This document shows, piece after piece, positions 53,116 to 64,000 of a stretch of DNA of 64,000 nt. The notes under the pieces are model-generated. The model saw only the letters and a program-made list of their open reading frames with translations. It had not been told where the DNA came from and did not search any database. Source of the stretch: Eledone cirrhosa (Eukaryota); contig OZ024744.1 of the NCBI GenBank assembly GCA_964016885.1, positions 109,368,001 through 109,432,000 of the forward strand, given 5' to 3'. The stretch's first letter is position 1. Every line of letters begins with the position of its first letter. Position numbers and translations under genes: made by a program.

Positions 53116-53418
53116 AGGATGTTGTAGTTCACTTGAAGCATTGTGTAATGAGGTATAAACGTTTGTAGTTGTAAGGCCAAGACAATGCAGGTATGGATAT
53201 AGAATATAAATGCAAATGCAAAAGATATTGTTGACAATTAGTCTTTTACCTTAAATTTATTTAAATATCCTTAATTTTCGAGACAATATCTCTTATTCGG
53301 AGGGAAGTAAAGTGGTTAACCACCAATTCTAATTTTCAATTTCTGCTTGACCGGCAACCTGTCTGTATAATCAGTTCTTGATTATTACTAGAATTCTATA
53401 AGAATCAAACATTCATGA

Positions 53419-53511
53419 TTTTCAGCAAACAGGCGGAGTACTTAGCTTTGATAAGCACCAAAAAGTGCGAAACAGACCTCTGTCAGCTTTATCTCCCCTG
53501 TTTGCTGAAAA
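53419..53511 (+). ncRNA. Type I hammerhead ribozyme, U3-A8 core variant with extended stem I
   Basis: agct-TTGATAA-gcac caaaaa gtgc-GAAA-cag acct ctg-TC-agct, enclosed by ttttcagcaaacaggcggag / ctcccctgtttgctgaaaa. Confidence 0.75.
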
Positions 53512-53762
53512 TTTAAAGTAAGTGAGACTGTCACTACTCTAAAACAATAGCGTAAGGTCTTCGAAATGCTTTTAATTAAGCACACAGTGTATTGCAAAAT
53601 ACACTATATATACATTCATATATATATCGCTATTTCAGAGCACCAATTCTTATATATATATATATGCGTGTGTGTGTGTATATATAAATATATATATATA
53701 GTAATAATAATAGATGTGAAGACTAAAACCCATTATATATATTTTAATATCTCTCTCTCTCT

Positions 53763-53835
<73 letters not shown>

Positions 53836-54345
53836 AAGAGGAGAAGAGAGAGAAAAGAGAGGAGGAAAACAGAGATTGTTTGTTTATTACACTTGGTGTG
53901 ATTTGGTAGGTTTTGTTTTTCTGACATTATCAATTGCCGCCATATTCTAAAGGTCTTTTCCCACACAAATTCATTTCCTTGTACTAATCAACACCAACCT
54001 ACTAACACACAAACACACACACACACACATACACGCATCAACACAGGTGCACACATACACACACACATACACACTCACACACACATGCACACACACGCAT
54101 ATGCACAGTCATACACATATGCTCACACACACACACACACACACACACACTGACGCTGACACATGGACAATTAAGATTCGTGCAGTCTCTGAAAATTGTT
54201 AGTTTCAACTTTCTCGCCACCCACCACTCTCTCTCTCTCCCTCCCTCCTCTTCTCTCTCTCTATCAGGCATACACACGCACATACAAAGTTCTCAAGAGA
54301 ATACGGACGACGACTTTGCTTTATTTATATATATATAAAACTCTG

Positions 54346-54381
<36 letters not shown>

Positions 54382-54383
<2 letters not shown>

Positions 54384-54562
54384 TACTGTTTCTACGTTAG
54401 GCACAAGGCCAGCAATCACCCAGTGCATTACTGGTACTTTATTTTATCGACCCCCGTAAGGATGAAAGGCAAAGTCAACCTCGGCGGGATTTGAACTCAG
54501 ATCGTAAAGGGACGTAACTATGCTGGAAAGCATGGCGTCCGACCCTCTACCGATACTGCCAA
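54382..54562 (-). mobile_element. SINE family S
   Basis: Near full-length match to the family. Confidence 0.9.
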
Positions 54563-54828
54563 TTATATATATATATATAGTATAAAAGAGAAAACACAGG
54601 TAAGCATTAAGAGAAGGATTTTATCCAGGTATTTATATAAAATCCTTCTCTTAATGCTTGCCTGTGTTTTCTCTTTTATACTTTATACTCCAAGATTGAA
54701 CGGAATTCTTACAAACTTGTGGAGTTACCCCTAACCGTACGTTGAAACCATCCATGAAACTGGCTTTCTTAACCAAGAACTGGATCACAATAAGCAATTT
54801 TTTGCTTCTCTAACTATATATATATATA

Positions 54829-54958
<130 letters not shown>

Positions 54959-55114
54959 ATGAATATAAAATGAAAGTGCTTTTATAAAGGAATTTATTAG
55001 GTATTGACATATGTTTCTGTAACAGACGGAATACCTATGTATTTCTCCGAAATATAATTTATACTCGTTGAGCAAACCTACACGTACGCTGTTCATCTCT
55101 AATCTGACGATTCT

Positions 55115-55372
55115 TTCAGACTCAGACTCAGAAGCTCCCGCGTCTTGCGACGCATGAGGCAATCATAGTGTTCCACCGCGTTCGGTCAGCAGCCAGTTGC
55201 ACAGCGTCCCGCCATTGTCTGTCTGTCGCTCGCAGGTCCCTCTCAACCGTCTGGCGCCAGTTCATTTTGGGTCGCCCTCTCCGTCTGCTTCCCTGCGGGT
55301 TCCATTTAAGTACTTGGTTCGCCAGTCTCTCTGGGGGAAGTCTCAAAGCGTGTCCAAACCAGCCCAGGCGTC
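55115..55372 (-). mobile_element. RTE/RTE-X-like LINE 3' fragment
   Basis: MRLPPERLANQVLKWNPQGSRRRGRPK..AADRTRW, followed by a (CTGAGT)n tail. Confidence 0.8.
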
Positions 55373-55411
55373 ACTACATTATTGATAACTTGAAATTTTA
55401 TATATATATAT

Positions 55412-55600
55412 AATAGTTTCTACTTTTGGCACAAGGCCAGCAATTATCCAGAGTATTACTGGTATTTTATTTTATCGACCCCGTAAGGATGAAAGGCAAA
55501 GTTAACCTCGGCGGGATTTGAACTCAGACCATAAAGGGCCGTAAATCTTTGCTGCAAAGCATGGCGTCCGACCCTCTACCGATACTGACAATCCACCGCC
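55412..55600 (-). mobile_element. SINE family S, full length
   Basis: From the GGCGGTGGATTG head to the GTAGAAAC tail. Confidence 0.9.
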
Positions 55601-56373
55601 TTAAGAACAAAGCGGAGGTGTTACATATGAGATTTATTGCTCAACCCAGTTACAAATGTTTCCCAGGCAGCTAGCTCGTGATCTGGGATGGCACCCTAGA
55701 CCAGACTCCAAGCCTGCCTGATCCTCAGACCAGTGCTAACACTATAAAGATCACATCAAATCTGAAGACGAACCAGTCAGACACAAACAAGCTTACAGAC
55801 TGACCAATCACGGACGTACTATCTCGAGCATTACAAGAAAAAAAAACCGTTATAAACAAAAACAAAATATGTGATCATACACACACACACATGCATAACA
55901 TACCTATACACACACACACAGGCTCCCACACGTAGAAATTGTACATGTACATACAAATATACACACATCCACACGTACATAGATATACATACACACATCC
56001 TCACACACATACACACATATACACACACATACATATACATCCATGCATCATAAAAACACGCAAAAAATTGCAAGAGTCTACCCTCAAATTCCTGCAGAAG
56101 TACATTGTGAGGGGCTTCTTATGGGAATTAAAGTAACCCTTTAGGTCCGAGGGGTCAACATCAGGTGTAATGTAGTCCGTGGTGGTGGTGGTGCGGTCCA
56201 AATGGTAAGGACACCAGCGCAACCGTTAGGTAAATGAGACCGTGTACTTGAACATCCTACTCAGGCAAATGTTGCTGACCGGTATTGGTATGTCCTCAGA
56301 AGAAGATGCGCAAGTAGACCTCTCCATGGTACTCAGCTGTAAACGCTCTACCCACGAGGGGGGGGGGGGGGCA

Positions 56374-56465
<92 letters not shown>

Positions 56466-56624
56466 CCCTATATTAACATAGATTTGCTCACAGCTACCTA
56501 CTTACAAGCACACACACACACACGCGCACACACTCTTTTACTTACTTATATCCTCTTAGCTTCGTACGGACGTATAACACACACACACACATACACCCTG
56601 TCAGTCCCTTCCATCTTTCTAATT

Positions 56625-56665
56625 TCTCATTCTGATGAAAGACTAGCGACCGAAACGTTAAGACC
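56625..56665 (+). ncRNA. Minimal or degenerate hammerhead-like motif
   Basis: CTGATGA-aagactagcgacc-GAAA-cg-TT; stems are weak. Confidence 0.35.
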
Positions 56666-56762
56666 CTCTTCCTGCTATTTCAAGTATTAAACTAATATAT
56701 TCCTTCCATATACTGGACCATTTGTGTTGTTATTTCTGTTTACCTTTTACATATGTGTGTGG

Positions 56763-56860
<98 letters not shown>

Positions 56861-57107
56861 GTGTGTGTGTGTGTGTCTGTGTCTGTGTGTGTGTGTGTGC
56901 GTGTTTGTCTGTGTGTATTTAATATAAACAAAGTTTCATACACTTAACATATATGTAAGACTATTGTTTCGGGGTCCAGTTATGGCCACCACAGTATATC
57001 GGAGGAGATGCTGTTAAACTGACCCTTCTTCGGTCACGTGGACAGATATATGAAAAGGGAAGTAATTTCCACCGACAGTTTTTTTCTCCAAAGTCTGTGG
57101 AAATTAC

Positions 57108-57237
57108 TACTGGCACAAGGCCAGCAATTACACAGTACATTACTGGTACTTTATTTTATAGACTCCGTAAGGATGAAAGGCAAAGTTAACCTCCGCGGGA
57201 TTTGAACTCGGAATGGAAAGGGTCGTAACTCTATGCG
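57108..57237 (-). mobile_element. SINE family S, truncated
   Basis: Matches the family. Confidence 0.85.
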
Positions 57238-57262
57238 TTACGACCCTTTATATATATAATTA

Positions 57263-57293
<31 letters not shown>

Positions 57294-57660
57294 CATATGT
57301 GGGTGTGCGTGTATATTGTATATATACATACATATACCAGCACATACCTACATTTACATACATACATTCACACACACACATATACATACATATATATATA
57401 TATATACTTTTGCGAAAACACTGTACGTACTTCAATGGCCCAGTTTCATCATCCGATTATGATGCAAGACTTGAGCTATTTCATCAGGTGTTGATTGCAG
57501 AATTAGTTATATAAGATAACTGTGGTGTAATGAAGAACCGAGGTCGTGACCCCAATATAAGAGGAACTCTAAAACGGACCTTCCTCAATACGTGGACCCG
57601 ATCGTACACGTCTACTTACTTTCTCACGGACCAACGAGAAATTTGACAGACTCTCTTGAT

Positions 57661-60600
57661 CAGTAGTGCCCACACTTTTTTTCTCTGGGCCGCAGTTTTG
57701 GAATTAAAATTTGCTCGCGCCTCACCAAATTTTATGTGATAAAAAGTACATTTAAAAATAAAAAAAACTAATAGTGCGTTAAATCTCTATATATAAAACT
57801 GTGGTTGTCTGTCTGTCTATCGATTTTTGGCACACATCTCCTCTTAGAATCTCTCACGGAATTGCACCGAAATTGCTATACTTGTACATTGAGCCCTAGC
57901 GAAGACATCGGAAAAAAAAATTTCAAATTGACCCACCCTATGTGACGAAATCGAATATAATGTATCGATTTTTGAGCGTAAGTTATCAGTTATTTCCCTT
58001 TGTTCTGTTTACATTGAGCGTCTTACGTAAAAAATTACGCTGGCTTTAACAGTTGTCGAGCCAGCAAAATATTGACCTGCAAAATTCATCAGTTCGAACA
58101 CTAAGCTTCCGTTTTGCTTCATTTCCATTTAAAAGCATTTTAAAACAATATTTTTACTTGAAAACAAGTCTATTTAAAGACTACGTAAAACAAGCAAATA
58201 TTTCGTCGTTAGGCGTGCAGACAGACAGTCGTGCAGACAGACAGTCGTGCAGAGAGGTGATATAGGCGTGCAGACAGACAGTCGTGCAGAGAGGTGATAT
58301 AGGCGTGCAGACAGACATAACTGATAATTTGGTTACGCTAATGTTTTTCTCTGCGTTGCAGTGTTTACATTTCCGATCTTTGTTAATAAATAACCAGTGC
58401 AGTTTCTATCCCCATCATCCTCTTTTGTTATAACATTCGGGTTATCGTTATGTTTTCTTAACTTCCATAAGGCATATTGTTGGTTGAGGGAATATTAATC
58501 AAAAACACCACATGCAAGTCTGCACAGTAGACACTACAGTTTTTAAGCCAAGAAAGAAACTTAACATTGTAACTTTAACACAGCTACTGAGCGACCCCGA
58601 GCAACGCCGGGCTTTACTGCTAGTATATATATAACATAAATAACTTATAATATGATTAAAGTACACATATTAAGGAAAGGTATCAGCTTGTTTTTGACGA
58701 GTAATCTCCTTTATATTAGGCCTAATTTGAGATAAACTCTCATCTCATCAACACTAAGAAACTTTTCCCATTATTGGTTTTTGATATTTGTCAGAACTGA
58801 AAATCCTTGTTCACAGCAATATGTCGTAGAAGAATGGATAATGCTTTTGAAGAGACATATGGATATAATTTCTGGTTGTATATCCCAAACGAGTCCAGTG
58901 GAACACTCTTGTGTTTCATTTTTTTAAGGTGCGATCACTCGAAATGTTTGCCAATTCTTCCCCTTCATCTAATGTCAGATCTAAACAGCTTGAATTTGCA
59001 AAAAGATCTCTAACTCAGTTGAATTTCTCTGTAGACAACGATGGAAATAATTTTTTTCTAAAATTGTTTCAAGATGCTCTTATATGAGGGAATACAATTT
59101 TTTACTTATTTAAAAACTTTTCACTGGTGGGAAAATGTCTAGATTATGGTGCATGGCTCTTCCTAGTCAGAGTTGAAGCTTTTTTTTAAAATGCAGTCAT
59201 TTTATATGTTGTCGTGAGGATATTCTCATCGCGGCTTGGCATACTGGCATTGAGCATAATCTGAAAAAGATGTCTGCCAAATATGCCAGTTTCACACAGC
59301 AGTCATTCATCCAGCTGGTGAAACAATGGGTTTCCTTCTTTTAAAAATGCTTTTAATTCGTTCTTCAGTTCCAACACACGATTTAAAACTTTTCCCTAAG
59401 ACAGCCAGCGAATATCCATGTGCAGAAGTAGGCAGTGGTGTTCTGATTCCATGTCTTTGCATAGTTGAGAAAATATTTTCGCCTTTAGTGGTTGTGCTTC
59501 GAAGTTTACAATGCACACAGTTTGATCCCAAACCAATTTCAAATCATCTACAAGGGTCTTGAAGACTAATGCCTTTCCGTGTATAAAACTGAGTTGATAT
59601 TACATCTAGATTTATCTTTCTGATGATTGCCACCAGGCCTCTAATATTCCCAATGTTACTTGGAGCTCCATCCGTGAAAATTCCAGTACAAGAATTCCAT
59701 GAAATCTCAAACATTTCACAATGCTCAGACAGGGCTTGAAATACATCTCTCCTAATACGTTGTTAAAGTTTCTTGCAAAATAAAAACTGCGTTATTATTT
59801 CGATATTATGAAATAATCTGATATAAACAAGCAAGTGTGCCCTAATGACGATAGAATTATCAACTTGAATGGCAAATTTAGAATTCTTAATACTTGGAGA
59901 AACAGTTTTCATTATTAGCTGACATATCAACTATTCTTCTGCGAATTGTATTATCAGACATAGGAATTTTTATAACTTCTTGCTCAGTATCATCACCAAA
60001 CAAAAGTTTTCGCAATCAAGCGGCTAGCAGGCTTCATTAATTTTTCAGCTATTAAATGAGGTTTTGTTTATCTGAAATTGTCCCTCGTTTTTCAAAATAT
60101 GATCGCTGGTGTTTCTGTTGTTCCCAAAACCTTTTGAACATCCTTGCCTGCCAGATTTTCATGTTTTGACAACATATGTATTTTCTTCTTGCTTGGGATC
60201 ATATTGGAATTGAAAAGCTTTCCGCCTCAGTTCAAACATATAGGTTGAGGTGCATTGTTATCTTCAGTCGATGAGAAACTGAGACTCAAATAGCTATCCA
60301 TATATTATCGGTAAACTTTCTTTATTGGAGTCTTGCTTAGGCCTGCTTCTGTTGTAGAATTTGGCAAGTCTTCTTTAATACCCTGTTTATCCGACGATTC
60401 TGGATTGGCAAATGGAATCTGATCGTCTGCGTTATGACTTGACGCTTTCGCTCTTTAAAAAAAAAATATTTATCCATGATCTGAAAAGAATAACATAAGT
60501 GATCATTAGGGTTCACAAATTGGAGGGGAATCGTAAAAAAAAAAATTCGGCAAAGAATTATAACTACATAAATATTTAATCAGAGATATTATATGACTGT

Positions 60601-61243
60601 TTAAAATTTATTGTTAGTCAAGTGTTTTTAAAAGATTTATTAAAATTTACTTTGAAAAGAAAAACGAATAGAATAAAACATCACATAAAGAAGAGGAGAT
60701 ACGGATAGAAAAGGAACAAGGAGCTGAAAATAAACTAACAAAAACAAACATCCCAAAGATGCCTAGCAGGATAAAAGTGTAGATACGAACGAAGCACGTA
60801 TATCCCTGTGTTTAGCCTTTTTTTTTTCCAAGGACAGTAATGCCGGAATCGAAGACAGCAGTTGAGGGGAAGGGAAGTATCGGTGAAAAGGCGCAAGCAG
60901 CCCTACGGCAAAGAAGGTTCAGACAGATGGTTAAAAGGAGATAACCGTGGATTTGAAGTCAGAACATTATCGGTGATAACTCTCTCCTACAATTTGCGGA
61001 CACTAGTTACTATATTCTTTATACTTGATAACATCTTGATACAATGATAAAATCTGTCAATAATTATTTTTGACTATTTATACTGGGACTCGTGCAATTA
61101 CAAGTAATCCATAATAATATTTTGAATTTTGAAATCATTTATTTTTGGCATTTTAATTTTTTAAAACTGTTTCTAAATCTTTGTCTTTCAATCATTCCGC
61201 CTCACTTGCAATCCTCTTCTGCCGCACCGTTTAGAAACCAGTG
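57661..61243 (-). mobile_element. Degenerate hAT (Charlie/Buster-like) DNA transposon
   Basis: Termini CAGTAGTGCCCACAC and (reverse complement) CACTGGTTTCTAAAC. 8-bp TSD ctcttgat/ctctagat. Minus-strand transposase remnants IPMSDNTIRRRIVDMS, FAIQVD, TGIFTDGAP. Confidence 0.85.
57784..58623 (+). mobile_element. Non-autonomous Helitron-like element nested in the hAT element
   Basis: A|TC...CTAG|T; near-identical reverse complement of 29773-30647. Confidence 0.82.
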
Positions 61244-61869
61244 CTCTAGATTGTCGGTTATATGATACTATTTAACTTTATATATTTTGTATTGAGCTTA
61301 CCCTTTTAGTTTAGTGTTTATCGGGTATTTATATTGAGAGATACATTTTCTACCTTACGTTACATTTCATTCGTTTTTATTTGATTCTGATTCGAAATAA
61401 TATTTCTTATATAGGAGGAGTACAACTTACTCTATAGTTTAATGGTATAATTCATGTGATATATAAAATTCTGATACCACATGCCTCAGTATGGTCTCCA
61501 TACTAATAGTTAATGACTTCAACTATATATTACGTCTCATATATCAATTAGCAATCATTAATAATTTCTCGCTTCCTCTCTTACTTCCTTGCTAAATTAA
61601 ATATTTGATTATCCACCGCCATAATTTATTTACTGTTTACCCCTCGCTATAGTTCATTTATATTTTAACTACACCTACACCTTATTTTTACATTTTTATG
61701 TTTTTCATATTTCATCTTACAGCATACAATTAAATTAACTACATTAGATTACATCCCATAGTATATTCCATATGTGATATAATATCTAACGACCCCTTCC
61801 ATTCAATAATAGCTACAGATTTAATTTAATTAAATTTTAATTTCAATTTAACCTTCAACTATGTTCCTG

Positions 61870-62147
61870 CATTTTCTACCAAAGTATAGTTATATGTAAT
61901 TAGTTATGTCTACCATTTTCTACCAAAGTATAGTTATATGTAATTAGTTATGTCTACCATTTTCTACCAAAGTATAGTTATATGTAATTAGTTATGTCTA
62001 CCATTTTCTACCAAAGTATAGTTATATGTAATTAGTTATGTCTACCATTTTCTACCAAAGTATAGTTATATGTAATTAGTTGTGTCTACCATTTTCTACC
62101 AAAGTATTGTTATATGTAATTAGTTATGTCTACCATTTTCTACCAAA
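61870..62147. repeat. 44-bp minisatellite, ~6.3 near-perfect copies
   Basis: Unit cattttctaccaaagtatagttatatgtaattagttatgtctac. Confidence 0.97.
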
Positions 62148-62550
62148 CTCCATGGCCCATTCAGTAATACGCATGACGAATAAATGTGGTTCTATACTTT
62201 GAATACTTAGAATTAATTAACTAATTAATTAATTTTCCCTTCCCTTCATTATTTGAATATATTCGGTCACTAGACCTATTTTCTTTACATTACGTCAGTC
62301 GCAGGTGCGCCGTACCAGGTTTTCGTGTACAATAATTTAATTAGCCCTTAACCATTCGTTAATTTATTTCCGCGAATCTTGACATTATAATTAACCACCT
62401 TTGTAACCATACACTATCAACACTTTAATATTTATATTTCTTCACAATTTATCTCCTCTGATTATTTTTTCCTAATTCATTTAACCTCAACACATGATTT
62501 TCATAATTTTTATAATTGTTCGAACTCTTTATCATTTTTATAATTTTTTG

Positions 62551-62905
62551 TTAATTTTTTGTTAATTCTATTCTAATCTTTTCTTTCGTCTGTGTGTGTT
62601 GAATCTTATCTAGTTTGTTGATTCCTAAGTATTTGTATGTCTGAGTTTGATCTAGTTCTCTTATTTCTGTTTCTTTATCTAACATGATATTAGTGTTTTT
62701 CACTAGTTTCCCTCTCTTAACAGTTGCCTTGGCACATTTTTCTAGACCAAAATCCATGCCTATTTCTTTTGTGAATCCGTGTACAGTTTGAAGCAGTGTT
62801 TGGAGTTGTTTTTCATTTATAGCATACAGCTTTAGATCATCTATATATAGGAGATAGTTAATTTTCCCATTGTAGTATTTATACTCTATCCCAGTTCGGT
62901 TTAGT
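62551..62905 (-). mobile_element. R4/Dong-like RT fragment
   Basis: YLLYIDDLKLYA...IGMDFGLEKCAKATVKRGK...YKYLG. Confidence 0.82.
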
Positions 62906-63009
62906 GTTTCAGATAGTGGCTAGGCAGAAAAGCAGTGGTGATAGGGAGTTTGCTTGGAATATGCCTCTGTTGATTGGGATAGGCTCTGTTTTTATTTTTT
63001 TTTTATTTT

Positions 63010-63505
63010 GTTTGTGTCACCGAAGTCTCCACTGCTACGGGCTCGACCGCAAACCTGTCGGAGAGCGACCGATATTTGGAGAGTTTACCCTCCTCGGCCC
63101 AGAGGTGCAGCAGAGCCTGGGTTAGTCGAAGACTGCACAAGGTTGCCGCTGGAGAATATGTCACTGTATATCGCATTCAATATTAGGGGTCTACCACCGC
63201 GGAACAGGAAGATGGCAGTGCTGGCACTGTAGATACTGTAGACACTGTAGAAGGTGACCGGCACAGTAGACACAGGACAGCAATTAGAGGCCGAAAGAGT
63301 CTACAGTGGATCCGTAGTGACATTTGTGTGGCTCGCAGATCCGAAAGCCGAGCCTCAGGGAAACCCCGATTCGCAGGATATGATTATCCAGCTACATGCC
63401 AGTCGAAAAGGAGGGTAAGACATTGAGCCAGGCACCGCTGTGGAGTTGCGAGGCCGTTCGAAAACATGCGAGGCGGTGCTGGTCGATTTCTGATTTTCTG
63501 TACAC
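63010..63505 (-). mobile_element. CRE-like non-LTR retrotransposon C-terminal fragment
   Basis: Manual translation: HSGAWLNVLPS..LRIGVSLRLG..ICEPHKC....VD..GL..LSC, and the RLE-type tail AEEGKLSKYRSLSDRFAVEPVAVET. Confidence 0.7.
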
Positions 63506-63622
63506 AACCTTCAGTAACGATTATATTTATATAATGTATATATGTGCATATCATTTTTAAAATTGATTAATGGAGTGCTACATTGTATATAATTTATTGG
63601 ATAGATCGATAGGAATAGCGAG

Positions 63623-63670
<48 letters not shown>

Positions 63671-63672
<2 letters not shown>

Positions 63673-63795
63673 CGAAGGAAATGTGGTAAGGAACCAGGTG
63701 GACCATAACGCACCAAAGTACTCAATACTTAGGGTAGTAGAGTGGGTAATAGGAACGAGTAGGACCCCGACGGCTGAGCTCAAGCCGTTTCGACG
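63671..63795 (-). mobile_element. PLE pLTR tail with the 3' half of a hammerhead
   Basis: Minus strand: GAAA-cggct tgagctc agccg-TC-ggggtcc. Same family as 3591-3708. Confidence 0.6.
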
Positions 63796-64000
63796 GAAAT
63801 GGAAAAGAATGAAATGAAATGAAATTTCTCACTCTTAGTACGGCTGATTCTTAAATGTAAGTATATATATATATATATACACCCTAGGTTTTTAAATCGA
63901 AACCTTCTTCAATCTTAATAATTGTCTCTATGCAGATGAGACAGGTGTAAACACATGTAAACAATGAACCATTCTGTTACAATAAATAATAATTGACATG

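Noticed and set aside
57410-57495. Minus-strand CTGATGA...GAAAC hammerhead candidate (also isolated CTGANGA at ~7312, ~55084, ~59620 and a decayed motif at ~53265-53305)
   Set aside because: Stems I-III could not be paired convincingly, or the core is too damaged.
61870-62147. CRISPR-like array
   Set aside because: Head-to-tail 44-bp units with no unique spacers; eukaryotic context and no cas genes.

Overview
This is an AT-rich, microsatellite-dense animal intergenic or intronic window. The host is most likely an octopod cephalopod, inferred from the SINE families and repeat landscape. No host protein-coding exon could be supported; almost all non-simple sequence is transposon-derived. LINE content: a nearly intact RTE with three C-terminal C2H2 fingers (30785-39470), whose 3'UTR is interrupted by a Tx1/L1-clade LINE; degenerate RTE, R4/Dong-like and CRE-like LINE remnants. 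Other elements: a hAT (Charlie/Buster-like) element with an 8-bp TSD, non-autonomous Helitron-like elements, more than 10 copies of a tRNA-derived SINE, and several Penelope-like elements (PLEs). The most striking signal is about 15 complete and several partial or degenerate type I hammerhead ribozyme motifs from roughly ten unrelated sequence families. They lie in PLE pseudo-LTRs and in short ORF-less retrozyme-like units next to (TA)n tracts, and one has a compensatory U3-A8 core. Seven complete motifs plus one half motif sit in a ~9.5 kb nested inverted-repeat PLE complex (10565-20077), itself between Helitron-type ends. Conserved pseudoknot-like motifs also occur in two RTE 5'UTRs. All folds and alignments were made by eye, and element boundaries are approximate.
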